Both the position numbers and the translations under genes were made by a program. From positions 82,805 through 146,804 of the forward strand of contig JAPLZK010000004.1 of NCBI GenBank assembly GCA_026395055.1: a stretch of DNA of 64,000 nucleotides. The letters run 5' to 3'. The first letter of the stretch is position 1; every line of letters begins with the position of its first letter. Of the stretch, positions 30,011 to 40,903 are shown one piece after another. This stretch comes from Candidatus Uhrbacteria bacterium (GTDB lineage Bacteria > Patescibacteriota > Patescibacteriia > UBA9934 > GWF2-40-263). Under the pieces are notes generated by a model. That model was not told the origin of the DNA and did no database searches. It saw only the letters and a list, made by a program, of their open reading frames with translations.

Positions 30011-33000
30011 ATGATGCATTCTTTCAAGAAAAAACGACAATGGATCGGCCGTGGGCTTGTCTTTGTTTTTTTGATCGGCATCGTTTCAAGTGGATTGATT
30101 CTTTCCGGACCAACGCCTGTATTTGCGGTTGATCCAGCGGGTGTGACACAGGTTGTTGCAGGAGCTGCACAAGGAGCTTGTCCAACAACGGGAGCTGTTC
30201 CAACGGTTTGTCCCGCAAAAGGAGTTTCAGAAACTTCTAAGTCTCTTTGGGATAAAATCATTACACCATCGTTAAAAATGGTTGCGGTTAAAGCGTTGAT
30301 TGATTTTGTTTCGTTCGCAAGTAACCGTATTGCTTATGAAGCAGCCGTTTATGTGGCAAACGGTGGTCCCGGGGAAGGATCCATGTTTTACAATAAGAGC
30401 GCATCAGATGCGTTCTTGGGGTTTGGAAAAGACATGGGAGGACAAGCGTTTGCCGATTTGAGTGATATCACAAAGTCTAGTTTCGGATTAGATTTGTGTG
30501 TGCCACCAGATCCATTTATTCGTTTGAACCTTCAGCTGAGCATTAAGCAAAACTATACTCCAACCAAGCCACGTTGTGATTTTGATTCTGTCACAACAAA
30601 ATGGGGCCAAATTGTATCGGACGCATCCTCATTGCTCTCAAACGACAAAGACGCACGTGATAAATTTTTGTTCAACAAACTTTCAGAAGGATTAAGACCA
30701 GGAAATAACCAACTCGGTGCCTCTATTGGGTTCTTACAGTTGACGAATGAGACGGCACAACGAAATTCTCAAACAAAAACAGCAGAACAAATCGGCTCTA
30801 TTCCAATCGGAGGATTTACAAACGTTCATGATTTAGTGACAGGAAAAACAACAACTCCTGCCGCGATTGTGTCTAAACAATTTGATGATCAATTGAAAGC
30901 AGCAAAAGGGGATCAAAATCAAATTAAACCTGCAGATGTTCTTGCAAACCCGGATGTTTGGTATGGTCTTTTAAACATGTCTGTTTCTACGTTTACAAAC
31001 ACGCTTACATCTCAATTATTTAACCGCGTTTACAAAGGATTGTTTTCTCCAAAACCAGATGCGGCCGATCCTTTTAATACAGAACTCGCAGGAGGATCTG
31101 GAAGTGATGCGGAAGCAAATAAGGCAGACCTTGGTGGAATTTTTACGGCAACACCTGTTGCAAACCCACAATATGATTTGTTGGGGGAGTTTGCACAGTG
31201 TCCACCAGACGGAACAGGAAACAGAAGTTTGAATTCCTGTGTCATTGATGCGGGCGTTGTTGCGGTTATTAGTCGTGGAGGAAGTTCGGCAGCACTTACG
31301 GTACAAGAAGCGATTGATCAAAAAATCTTGAATGGAGATTGGCCACTTATTTCTTCAAAAAATGCTTCTGCAAACCAGGATCGTCTTTGTTATACATATG
31401 GATTCTGTTACGGAAACTTAGTGAAATTGCGTAAGGCTCGTATTATTCCGATTGGTTGGGAACTTGCGGCAGACAAAAACTCTTTGAATAGTCCAAAATC
31501 TTTGAAAGATATCGTGGCAGGATTTAATGACTGTAACGGACAAAACCAAATGGATGCGAGTCATCCATGGTGTCACTTGATTGATCCAAACTGGGTCTTG
31601 AAGGCACCAGAATCACAATGTCGTGCGGCGGTAAACGGAGAAATTCGTGTAAGTGACCAAGCGGCGGGACGCCAAAACGTTTGTGCAGATTCTCCAACAT
31701 GTATCGGAGAAGACAATACGGGAAAGTGTACACAAGGATTCGGATACTGTGTGGAAGAAAAAAATATTTGGCGCGTAAAAGGTGACGAATGTCCATCTCA
31801 GTACGCAACGTGTTTAACCATGAAAAATACAACAACAGGGAAAGCGAATTCTCTTTTGTTAAATACCGTTGATAACGCAAACTGTACAAAACAAAATGCG
31901 GGATGTTCTTGGAATAAGACAATAAAGACTCCAGACGCAAAGGGGGTGTTCCAATGGTACACGGGTGCGGCAGCTTATAGTGTTGCAGCCACTTCGAGCG
32001 TATTTCGTTACGCGGGGTCAAACGCTCCAAGCTATTCTTACGAAGACCGTTTGTACGTAACACACAACGCAAAACAGTGTGACCAAGCGCAAGCGGGTTG
32101 TACGGAATTAAACGTGAAAGACGGTAAGCTCGCATTGAACTTGGTTCAAAACGGAAGTTTTGAAAAGGATGAGGATAAAAATGGGATGCCGGATAACTGG
32201 GCAAATTCTAACGTAAATCCTGTTAAATTTATTTTAGATGGTAACGCTGTTGATGGTTCAAAGAGTGTTCAAGCAAATGGAGGATATTTTTATCAATACG
32301 TTCCAGTCACTTCAGGAAGTTTTTATACATTCAGTTTCTATGCATCAAGTGCTCAAGTAAACCAGGCAGTCAGTGTCGCAATTTTTCCAGAATTGGCAAA
32401 CAACAACAAGATTTCTCTTGTCGGATTGTCTTACGGTGGTGATTGTACATTAGCGCCAGGTAACCAGAATTATGATATTTCCAAAACGCTTTTAAGTGCG
32501 AATGAATGGAAACGGTTTGTTTGTACGTTTACATTGCCTGAAACAGCTGTAAAAGTTGAGATTGGTTTACATGATTCGAATGGTGGATCTCCATCCATTC
32601 AATACGACGCTGTTCAGCTCGAATCTGGTGAAATCGCTTCAAACTTTGGGGACGGGTACAACATTGCAAGCCCAACAAAAGCTTATTTGAAAATTGCTCC
32701 AGCGTATCTTGGATGCAAAGGACTCGCATCAGATCCAAAAGAATGTGATGCATACGCACAGGTTTGTTCCGTCCAAGATGTTGGATGTAATTTATTTACT
32801 CCAAAAGAAACGGGTCCGGCTGTTCCTGCGATCGCTTCTGCGCTCGATGCATGTCCAAACGAATGTGTTGGATACGATTCTTATAGACAAGAGGGAACCA
32901 AATACGAACCAGCTAAATTTCCTGTGTACTTTATTGCAGATAAAGCCGGTGTTTGTTCTGCAAACGCGGTTGGTTGTGATGGATTCACAAAATTGGGTGC

Positions 33001-36000
33001 ACAAGGTGGAGAAACACAAGAATACTACACAAATTTGCGTGCATGTTTGACGCCAGAAATGACCACAGACAAAACAACGCAAACAAACCCAACTTCTGCT
33101 ACGTATTTCACCTGGGAAGGATCTGACAAATCTGGATTCCAGTTGAGAACATGGCAATTGCTGCAATCAAATGCTGCTGCAGGTGCGCTTGTATATACAT
33201 CTACACCATCTGCGTTTACAGCATCCCCAAGTGTTGGGCCAGCACACACAACGGAAACAAATCCAAACCTTGCTCCGTGTACAAAGGTTCATGTTACCGC
33301 AAATGATGCGGCAGCTTGTGATGATCTTGCTGCTTCACACATGGCGACGGTTGCAGCTGATGCATCTTGTGACGAGCATGCAGATATTTTCACAAACCCA
33401 GACTGTCGTGAATTCTTTGATTCAACGGGTCTTGTTCATTACAGAAACTATTCCGACACGGTTTCTGTGGATGCGGCTTGTGTGTCTTACAGAAAAAATA
33501 CTTCAACAGAACCTGACTGTACGGCTTCTGGCGGATTCTGGACCAGTCAAGGATTCTGTCGATACTTTGGATTACAAAGTGAATCTAAAGCATGTGCGGC
33601 ATCAGAAAATGGATGTCGTGAATATACGGGTGGAGCAGGACGTAATGCAACAACAATTTTGAATGACACGTTTGAAAATGGTGCAACCGGATCATTTGCC
33701 TCTTATGCAGGAACGGCTGCACCAAGTAATGATTCTGTTTCTTCTGGAGGACACTCATTACATATTATTGGTGGAGGAGTCCGAACAAATCAGATGTATC
33801 TTGGAACAACATATGATCCCGCCGTCGCAACAACGTGTACGAATACACCGGGTGCAACCGTTGTTTCTGGTGGATGCCAACTCGCTCCTGGATGTATTGT
33901 TGCATCTGGAAAAGCAAGTTGTGGTGCACTTGTCGATTCACTGGCACGTGGAAAAGTTTACACGTTAGACGTGTGGGCAAAAGGAACAGGAAATCTTTAT
34001 GCAGGATTTTCAGATGATGGCGGATTAAATGCTGGCAACATGCACGTTCATGATTTGGTGAATACTTCGAATCACTCAACCGCGATTGCATCCCTTACAC
34101 CAAAAGCTTTAGATCCGTCTTGGAAGGTGTACCACTTTGGTCCAATCAATACGACGGCATCTGAATTTAGTACGTTCGGACCAAATTCTGTCTTAGCGTT
34201 TGCAACGGATGCAGGAAAAGAAATTTTTATCGATAACGTTCAGCTTGTTCAAACGGAAGAAAACATCGATCGCATTAAGGATTCATGGGTAACTCCATCT
34301 GTTTGTGATCAGTCTCCAGATGGTGCGGTTTCTCCACAGTACTACTTAGGATGTAAAGGATATACAGATCGTAAAGGAGTAGATGGAAGTTATTATCAGT
34401 TCTCACACATTTGTTCAGAGAAGGCGATCGGATGTTCTGCGTATTACAATACGTATAATGCAGATTCTGCATCTGGACAGACAACAAATGCTCGCTGTGT
34501 TCACGGTACTGCTCCAAATGGGACGGCAGATCCTATAACAGAAGCGTGTATTGTAAATGGGACAACATACTGCACCATCAGTGCTGGTCAGAATTATTGT
34601 GTGTTCTCAACAAAACAAGTGTTCGCAGATCCTCTTCCAAGTTCTGGAGGGTTCGCGATTGTTTATGGTCCGGAAGCGGTCGTGACTCCACAAGATCAAT
34701 CTGTTTACCTTGTAGATAACGGAAACGCACAATGTTCCGTTGAGTTTAAAGGATGTCGTGAGGTTGGTGCGCCAACATACGCACAAGATTTGAAGACCGT
34801 AACCAAGTTTACGTCTCAGTACATCATGGACACACCAGACGATTACGGAAATATTTTGTGTGAAAATCAAGCGTTGTTCTGTGATGAATTCGCTTCTACA
34901 AAAGATGGTAACTTCTATTTCAAGGATCCAATCAATAAGACGTGTGAATATAAGACATCTGTAACAATTGCGCAAAAATCTTTTAGCGGTTGGTTCCGTT
35001 CTGGAACATCTGAGCCATGTTATTGGACAGATACAAACGCAAACAAGACGTTTGATCCAGGTGTAGACAGTGCCTATCTTGTTTCAGGTGATCAAGCGCA
35101 AATTTGGAAAAATGGGGATACGTCTTACGACGGTTGGGTTGGTGCGTGTGATTCTAGTGCAAATCGTTGTACCGAATTGATTGATTCAACAGACACAAGT
35201 CCAGAGAATCATGGAAAAGGAAAGTCTTATTACGTGATTAATAATGATAAGTTGTCGGAGAATTCTGTTGCGGTTACAGAAAAGTGTGATGGAAAAGTTG
35301 GCCAAAAGGCCGGATGTGCATTATTCAACAACACAACCATTTCACAATTGAAGTATAGTTCTAGCGCAAGTTACGCATTGTCCCTTCACGCAGACTTGTT
35401 GTTGAATAAACCACAAAATAGTTTGGTGGATCCAATTAGCTGTACGCAAAATGGGGGAGTGTTCAAAATTTCACTTGAGACCGCGAAGAAATTGGCAGAC
35501 GATGATGCAAAAGTTTCTGCGGCTCCACATAGTGCATCGGATGTTTCTGTAGATTTGTGTAGTCGTCGTTGTCATTATGAGTTGAATAAAACAGGGGATA
35601 CATTAGTCTCACCATCTGCAAATCAACCAACGGCAGGTGTAGATTGGAACGAACGTTCTTGTCTCTATAATTCTGATTGTCCTGTTTTGGATTCAAAATT
35701 AGAAAAAGGAATTAAAGGAACCTGTCGTGATACCTCTTTGCCATTGAAAGATGATTCAAACACGGTCCTCAAAGTAAATCGCGACCGTACCTGTGCAGCT
35801 TGGCTTGCGTGTGACAGTGCGCGCACAACATGGGATGCGGGTTCAAACAAATACATTCAGATCTGTGACTCTGTGAATTTGTGTACCCAAACAGGTTCAC
35901 AAGGAGACCAAGCGCAATGCGCATCTTGGACCGCGCGTACACCTGTTGTTATGACAGAGCAGTTGTATGCATCACGTGATGTCAGTTGGGCTGGAGTGGA

Positions 36001-39000
36001 TTATTCCGGTTATGAAATTCCACATCAGTTACCAACGGAAAGATTCAGTCAGTTCAATTTGAATCCAAAGAAGTGGTGTGTGGATGGGAATGGAAATGTG
36101 GGAGGAAACAAAAATTCTTGTGAAAAAGATTCAGAATGTGCCCAAGGATGGACCTGCGGAGCCGCCCCACTCGATTATCGCATTGTTTATAATGCAGGTC
36201 CTTGTACGGGAAGCAGTTCCTGCCAAGTTGGATTCTGTAAAAATACAAAAACAGCCTGTGCATCCAATGCGAATTGTGGAACAGATGTAGATGCAACCAA
36301 CTTCTGTGTGTTCGGATACTGTCAGGCAAAGGGAGCAAACTGTTCAAAGGCAGACAACACAGAGTGTGCGGGAACCGCAACGCCAATTTGTGACACGGTT
36401 CAAGGAGTTTGTGTAAACCATCTTGTCGACCATCCATCCCTCACAGACGCGTGTTCAAGTGAAAATGCGTGTGCGGGAGGACAAACCTGTGTCGCAGCTG
36501 CCACAACAGCCTTTGGTTCGTGTTATCAAAATCGTTGTCTCACAGACATTCGTGATACAGACGGAGACGGATTCTCACAGCCATTAGATAAAGACCAAGC
36601 AGACGATTCACAATCCTGCCGTGGATATCCAGAGTTTGATTCGCCGTTTCCACAGAAGGTTGTGGCGCAGTGGAAAGTACCACCATTTGATCCATCTGCT
36701 GTGAATGCCGTTACGGGATATCAGTCGGTTAGCGGGCTATCTATTATTCAGTTACCTTCAGATCTAGCATCTCCATCTCAATTTGTTTCCGGTTACAACG
36801 CATCTAAGGTTTGTACGCCAATTAAATCAAAAGATGTTGATGGAAAAGATGTTTGGATTGCAAATGATAATTGTATTTGTAGCTATACAAAAGCTACGTA
36901 TGCAAAGGGTGCAGAGGATCTTTATTTTCCTACAGACACATCCATGCTTGAGTCGGGAAGAGTTCCTGAAGGAATTTGTACAGGAGGATTATTAGCAGGA
37001 AGAACTTGTAAAACGGATAAAAGTTGTACGATCCCAGAAGTAAAAGATGGTGCTGGTAATGTCACAACAAAAGAAATTCCGGGAACGTGTCAACTTCTCA
37101 CTTCATCAAATACGATGTTTGGTTGGCAGGGATATTGTTTGGAAAAAGATTCCTCCATTCAATTAAACGGAAGTACAGCAGCAAAAGACCAAGCATGTCT
37201 TACGTGGTTGCCAGTCGATCAACTCTCAGGTGCAACGGATCTTTATGGAAAGGAGACAAGTGCTGGATATCAAGTCGCATCAAATACCTATTATTGCGCA
37301 CAACCTGGAGTCGCATGGAATTTACAAGTCTCTGGTGTTGCTTGTGCGGAAACAGATGATGGATCATGTGACGATGGTGGCAATTCTCTTTTGGATGACA
37401 TGAATGATGACAAACCATATCTCAATGCATTTTGTCCAAAGGGATATTTTGCTATTCTTGGTCCGTGCGGTTCAAATGACCCAGGAAATGATAAGGATGG
37501 AAATGGATATTGTAATCAACATAGTGGTGATGATGATTATCCATATTACTGTGTTCCAACACATGCATATCACGCAGATGGAATCACAGAATGTAAAGCA
37601 CCTTATACAGTAGGAGGTTCGGCAGGAATTCCAAAACCAGGAGGTGGACTTTACTTCAACTTAATTTCTGATTTAGCGAGCGCAACCAAAACAATTGTTG
37701 GTGGCGGAAGCGGATACTTCACTTCCGTATCAGATTTTAAAGCCGCTGTTGATTATTACAAAGATTGTCAGGTAAGAGGTGTTATTCAATCCTCAACGAT
37801 TAATACCTATTTTGGTGATAAGACGCCGGGAGCAGTTCCTTCATCTGATTCAGGACATGATGGTTCAAATAGTTATTACAATTTAACCATGCATGATAAC
37901 TCGTATGCAGCTTGTAAAAGTGTTGCACAAGTAGGAAGTACTGGTTCTTCTGGTGATTTAAATGCAGCTTGGACGGATCGTGTATGGCAAGGCAAAAAAC
38001 CACTCTATACAATTTCAACAGGGTTTAATGATAATTTTGCGGGATACAAATTAGATGCGGAACCAAAGATTTTTGGACAAGCAAAAGATATTGTAGATAT
38101 CTCATTAGATCCTGCACCAGATAAAATTTTGATGTGTGACAATGAAATGTCACTTGCGGACACGGCTGGCAAATGTACGGATCCAAAAGGGGTACTTAGT
38201 ACTCCAAATGAAGGACGTGCTTTTTCAAAAGTTTCCCTTGTTGCACAAAATGGAGGAGTAGATTCAAATTGGTGTTCAAGTAAGGCGTGTACATGTAATC
38301 CATCTCAAGGCGTTGCTGACTGTAATAATTTTTTGCAGAATGTAGCACATCCTTGTTCCTTTAAGAGTATTTTGTGTGTAGGGACCTGGAATTGTGTGAA
38401 TAACAAGTGTGACGGAGGACCGTCAAAGGGTGGTGCGTGCGGAGATTCCTCGGACTGTAGTTTGTCGGCTTGTTCGGATGCGGCAAAATCTACGGCTTGT
38501 AATAAAGCTGGAGGAAAGTGTCAGGGAACAGGTACGTGTTCTAATACAGGTGGTCCAACAGGTACAGATAAAACCCAAACAACGAGTTGTAATTCTGATT
38601 TTGATTGTCAGGTAAACAAGTGTGTTCCAAATCCAAATCACAGTAATGGAACGGGTTGGGATGATGCAAATGTTTGTATCAATAAAGACAGTTCTTATGG
38701 TGCATATACAGTTAGTCAAGATTTTAGTGTCACGGAAGCAAAAAATCGCTTAAAACAAATTTTTGCAGAAGCTTATAGTCTGCAAACATTTGATGATGTT
38801 TTAAACACAAAAGGCAAATATAAACTGGCACCTGCAAATGATCCAGATGTTATAGGTTGGAAAGACCAGGGTGTTGCAACAGGAATCTGGGATTCACGTG
38901 CAACCGCAAACGGAACACACCCACCAATCATTACATCACTTGGAAGTTGTATTGGAACATCGTGTATTGAAAAAACGCCAGGTAAGTTCAATGTGAACGG

Positions 39001-39676
39001 AGAAGACTCTGGCGTTGTGGAGGGGTTAGGAAGCAAACATGTAAGTGTAACGTTCTACGTGAATGCCGACACAAACCAAATGCCATTACGTAATGTTGTG
39101 ATTGACTGGGGAGACGACATGCAAGGGGTGTCTGGTGGTGGAAATCCGTGGCCAAATGGAAGTGAGAGTGGTTCTACGGTGCCAAGCAACTTCTATAAAA
39201 ACCATCGTGGATTAAGCAAAACAAATCCGCCAAAGGAATTGTGTGACGGGTCCACATTTGGACAAGCGCCAGAAGCATGTAGTTCAAGTTACATTTTATT
39301 TACACACGATTACGTGTGTTCAAGTACAGATGTCGCTGCCTTGCAAAAAGCAGGTCGTACATGCGGAACGGTTGATCCAAAAACAAAGAGCATCATTACC
39401 TCACCATGTGTGACTGTTGATCCAAAAGGGGTTGCGTCATGTGAATTTCAACCTCGTATCCATGCAAAGGATAACTGGGGATGGTGTACTGGGTATTGCG
39501 ATGCCAATCCATCAGATGGAACAACGTCCTGTTTTGGAGGGGAGTGTGCGATTGATCTTTATCCATCAAGTGGTGTCAATTTACAAAATGCTCCGTTGGA
39601 TAAAAAGAGTTCCGGTAAAATTGTTAATCCATGGATATATTTTGAAGGTTCAATTAACATCATGCCGGTACAGTAA
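30011..39676 (+). CDS. giant (3221 aa) cysteine-rich extracellular/cell-surface protein with at least two CBM4_9-like carbohydrate-binding-type modules
   Basis: Single uninterrupted ORF. N-terminal signal/TM (LVFVFLIGIVSSGLILSG). Cys content is high throughout. An NGSFEKDEDKNGMPDNWANSN...VQLESGE block and a second NDTFENGATGSF...IDNVQLVQTEE block resemble CBM_4_9. Flanked by strong terminators. Confidence 0.7.
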   Translation: MMHSFKKKRQWIGRGLVFVFLIGIVSSGLILSGPTPVFAVDPAGVTQVVAGAAQGACPTTGAVPTVCPAKGVSETSKSLWDKIITPSLKMVAVKALIDFVSFASNRIAYEAAVYVANGGPGEGSMFYNKSASDAFLGFGKDMGGQAFADLSDITKSSFGLDLCVPPDPFIRLNLQLSIKQNYTPTKPRCDFDSVTTKWGQIVSDASSLLSNDKDARDKFLFNKLSEGLRPGNNQLGASIGFLQLTNETAQRNSQTKTAEQIGSIPIGGFTNVHDLVTGKTTTPAAIVSKQFDDQLKAAKGDQNQIKPADVLANPDVWYGLLNMSVSTFTNTLTSQLFNRVYKGLFSPKPDAADPFNTELAGGSGSDAEANKADLGGIFTATPVANPQYDLLGEFAQCPPDGTGNRSLNSCVIDAGVVAVISRGGSSAALTVQEAIDQKILNGDWPLISSKNASANQDRLCYTYGFCYGNLVKLRKARIIPIGWELAADKNSLNSPKSLKDIVAGFNDCNGQNQMDASHPWCHLIDPNWVLKAPESQCRAAVNGEIRVSDQAAGRQNVCADSPTCIGEDNTGKCTQGFGYCVEEKNIWRVKGDECPSQYATCLTMKNTTTGKANSLLLNTVDNANCTKQNAGCSWNKTIKTPDAKGVFQWYTGAAAYSVAATSSVFRYAGSNAPSYSYEDRLYVTHNAKQCDQAQAGCTELNVKDGKLALNLVQNGSFEKDEDKNGMPDNWANSNVNPVKFILDGNAVDGSKSVQANGGYFYQYVPVTSGSFYTFSFYASSAQVNQAVSVAIFPELANNNKISLVGLSYGGDCTLAPGNQNYDISKTLLSANEWKRFVCTFTLPETAVKVEIGLHDSNGGSPSIQYDAVQLESGEIASNFGDGYNIASPTKAYLKIAPAYLGCKGLASDPKECDAYAQVCSVQDVGCNLFTPKETGPAVPAIASALDACPNECVGYDSYRQEGTKYEPAKFPVYFIADKAGVCSANAVGCDGFTKLGAQGGETQEYYTNLRACLTPEMTTDKTTQTNPTSATYFTWEGSDKSGFQLRTWQLLQSNAAAGALVYTSTPSAFTASPSVGPAHTTETNPNLAPCTKVHVTANDAAACDDLAASHMATVAADASCDEHADIFTNPDCREFFDSTGLVHYRNYSDTVSVDAACVSYRKNTSTEPDCTASGGFWTSQGFCRYFGLQSESKACAASENGCREYTGGAGRNATTILNDTFENGATGSFASYAGTAAPSNDSVSSGGHSLHIIGGGVRTNQMYLGTTYDPAVATTCTNTPGATVVSGGCQLAPGCIVASGKASCGALVDSLARGKVYTLDVWAKGTGNLYAGFSDDGGLNAGNMHVHDLVNTSNHSTAIASLTPKALDPSWKVYHFGPINTTASEFSTFGPNSVLAFATDAGKEIFIDNVQLVQTEENIDRIKDSWVTPSVCDQSPDGAVSPQYYLGCKGYTDRKGVDGSYYQFSHICSEKAIGCSAYYNTYNADSASGQTTNARCVHGTAPNGTADPITEACIVNGTTYCTISAGQNYCVFSTKQVFADPLPSSGGFAIVYGPEAVVTPQDQSVYLVDNGNAQCSVEFKGCREVGAPTYAQDLKTVTKFTSQYIMDTPDDYGNILCENQALFCDEFASTKDGNFYFKDPINKTCEYKTSVTIAQKSFSGWFRSGTSEPCYWTDTNANKTFDPGVDSAYLVSGDQAQIWKNGDTSYDGWVGACDSSANRCTELIDSTDTSPENHGKGKSYYVINNDKLSENSVAVTEKCDGKVGQKAGCALFNNTTISQLKYSSSASYALSLHADLLLNKPQNSLVDPISCTQNGGVFKISLETAKKLADDDAKVSAAPHSASDVSVDLCSRRCHYELNKTGDTLVSPSANQPTAGVDWNERSCLYNSDCPVLDSKLEKGIKGTCRDTSLPLKDDSNTVLKVNRDRTCAAWLACDSARTTWDAGSNKYIQICDSVNLCTQTGSQGDQAQCASWTARTPVVMTEQLYASRDVSWAGVDYSGYEIPHQLPTERFSQFNLNPKKWCVDGNGNVGGNKNSCEKDSECAQGWTCGAAPLDYRIVYNAGPCTGSSSCQVGFCKNTKTACASNANCGTDVDATNFCVFGYCQAKGANCSKADNTECAGTATPICDTVQGVCVNHLVDHPSLTDACSSENACAGGQTCVAAATTAFGSCYQNRCLTDIRDTDGDGFSQPLDKDQADDSQSCRGYPEFDSPFPQKVVAQWKVPPFDPSAVNAVTGYQSVSGLSIIQLPSDLASPSQFVSGYNASKVCTPIKSKDVDGKDVWIANDNCICSYTKATYAKGAEDLYFPTDTSMLESGRVPEGICTGGLLAGRTCKTDKSCTIPEVKDGAGNVTTKEIPGTCQLLTSSNTMFGWQGYCLEKDSSIQLNGSTAAKDQACLTWLPVDQLSGATDLYGKETSAGYQVASNTYYCAQPGVAWNLQVSGVACAETDDGSCDDGGNSLLDDMNDDKPYLNAFCPKGYFAILGPCGSNDPGNDKDGNGYCNQHSGDDDYPYYCVPTHAYHADGITECKAPYTVGGSAGIPKPGGGLYFNLISDLASATKTIVGGGSGYFTSVSDFKAAVDYYKDCQVRGVIQSSTINTYFGDKTPGAVPSSDSGHDGSNSYYNLTMHDNSYAACKSVAQVGSTGSSGDLNAAWTDRVWQGKKPLYTISTGFNDNFAGYKLDAEPKIFGQAKDIVDISLDPAPDKILMCDNEMSLADTAGKCTDPKGVLSTPNEGRAFSKVSLVAQNGGVDSNWCSSKACTCNPSQGVADCNNFLQNVAHPCSFKSILCVGTWNCVNNKCDGGPSKGGACGDSSDCSLSACSDAAKSTACNKAGGKCQGTGTCSNTGGPTGTDKTQTTSCNSDFDCQVNKCVPNPNHSNGTGWDDANVCINKDSSYGAYTVSQDFSVTEAKNRLKQIFAEAYSLQTFDDVLNTKGKYKLAPANDPDVIGWKDQGVATGIWDSRATANGTHPPIITSLGSCIGTSCIEKTPGKFNVNGEDSGVVEGLGSKHVSVTFYVNADTNQMPLRNVVIDWGDDMQGVSGGGNPWPNGSESGSTVPSNFYKNHRGLSKTNPPKELCDGSTFGQAPEACSSSYILFTHDYVCSSTDVAALQKAGRTCGTVDPKTKSIITSPCVTVDPKGVASCEFQPRIHAKDNWGWCTGYCDANPSDGTTSCFGGECAIDLYPSSGVNLQNAPLDKKSSGKIVNPWIYFEGSINIMPVQ

Positions 39677-39681
39677 GAAAC

Positions 39682-39712
39682 TAAAAACAGAACCTTTCTG
39701 GTTCTGTTTTTA
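39682..39712 (+). terminator. rho-independent terminator after the giant gene
   Basis: AAAAACAGAACC-TTTCT-GGTTCTGTTTTT. Confidence 0.8.
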
Positions 39713-39724
39713 GTTTAATGACAA

Positions 39725-39751
39725 TAAAAAACCCTGACTATTGTCAGGGTG
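39725..39751 (-). terminator. rho-independent terminator for the minus-strand lipoprotein gene
   Basis: ACCCTGAC-AATA-GTCAGGGT followed by TTTTTT on the minus strand. Confidence 0.75.
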
Positions 39752-39757
39752 AGCGAT

Positions 39758-40537
39758 CTATTGTTTCGTAAGAATACCGTCTTGAGAATCGGTACCGTCT
39801 GTCGTGTGAATACTGATTTTCAGAAGATCGGGTTGGATAACACCACTTACTTTCAGACCAAGACTGGACATGCTGTCCGATTCGATGAGCTGATCGCCGG
39901 TAATATAGGCCAAGCCAGATTTTCCAACAGTCAAGACAATTTTGTCGTTCACAACATTCGTTGCGACGCTTTTTTTCTTATTATCAGATGAATCTTGATA
40001 TGTCCCATTCGGCGCCAATCCCCAAGATCCTACATCCGTCCACTCATGGGTGTACCCAGATGCAAACTGCTTGTCAGGGTTGCCTTTTGCGGTGAAGTTC
40101 CAGTCCACGAACAGGTGGTCGGGGCGCATGACGCGAACACCGAATGTGTTGCCGAATTTGATATTCGCCGCTGTCTGAACTTTGATGCTGTCTACATTTT
40201 TGAAGATGTAGGTCGGGTTTGTGGGAACGATAGAAGGATCTCCAAAGCTCGTACAAGACGAAACTTCATCGCATACATAGAAATCGGCGGGCTTTCCGTC
40301 TGGAGTCTTTGCGTTGATGGTGATGTAGCCCTCCGTGGAGGTGACTTTGACGTCTTCCCAACCACCTGACGAACCATCTGTCGACCCAGCATCACTGCCG
40401 TTGTCAGTCGACCCACCATCCGGCGAATACCCGTCCGTTTGGACGGTAGACGAATCGTGCGACCCGATGGGGTCGCTCGGGCATCCCGTGCACAAAAGGG
40501 CGAGCGGCGCGATCACGAGGATCTTGTGAAAGAACAT
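39758..40537 (-). CDS. secreted lipoprotein, unknown function
   Basis: Start is ATG 40537 with a GGAGAG SD. MFFHKILVIAPLALLCTGC is a signal peptide with a lipobox-like Cys, followed by a Ser/Gly/Asp-rich linker. The ORF is open further upstream to 40606. Confidence 0.5.
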   Translation of the reverse strand: MFFHKILVIAPLALLCTGCPSDPIGSHDSSTVQTDGYSPDGGSTDNGSDAGSTDGSSGGWEDVKVTSTEGYITINAKTPDGKPADFYVCDEVSSCTSFGDPSIVPTNPTYIFKNVDSIKVQTAANIKFGNTFGVRVMRPDHLFVDWNFTAKGNPDKQFASGYTHEWTDVGSWGLAPNGTYQDSSDNKKKSVATNVVNDKIVLTVGKSGLAYITGDQLIESDSMSSLGLKVSGVIQPDLLKISIHTTDGTDSQDGILTKQ

Positions 40538-40819
40538 GGGGCTCTCCTCATAATGGTCTCGCTGACGTGAGTCTGTGCGGGAACCGTTGGTGTTTGGGTC
40601 ATCCACCTTGGAATCACCTGCTTCTAGTATAGCAAATCTTGCTCCAGAAGACTCTCTATTAAGCCAGAAAAATGAGGATTTGTCAAGCGTCAGGGTTTTT
40701 TGACAGTTGAAAAATGGAAATTAAATATCCAGGCTTATTTAAGCGATTATTTAAGATTTTGAAATTGTTTATAAGAGCAAACAAAGTGCATTTTTTGGCT
40801 AAAATTAGGTATAAAATGC

Positions 40820-40872
40820 TTGACATAGATCAAAATATCTGTTATCTTAATGTGTTGCAAATGGTTTGCAAC
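40820..40872 (+). promoter_or_regulatory. sigma70-like promoter (TTGACA-17-TATCTT) with a perfect 8-3-8 inverted-repeat operator at the predicted TSS
   Basis: TTGACA at 40820-40825 and TATCTT at 40843-40848. GTTGCAAA-TGG-TTTGCAAC lies at 40854-40872, directly upstream of the HExxH protein gene. Confidence 0.45.
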
Positions 40873-40903
40873 AAGGTTCCTTCAATTGAAAAAGGAAAAA
40901 GCC

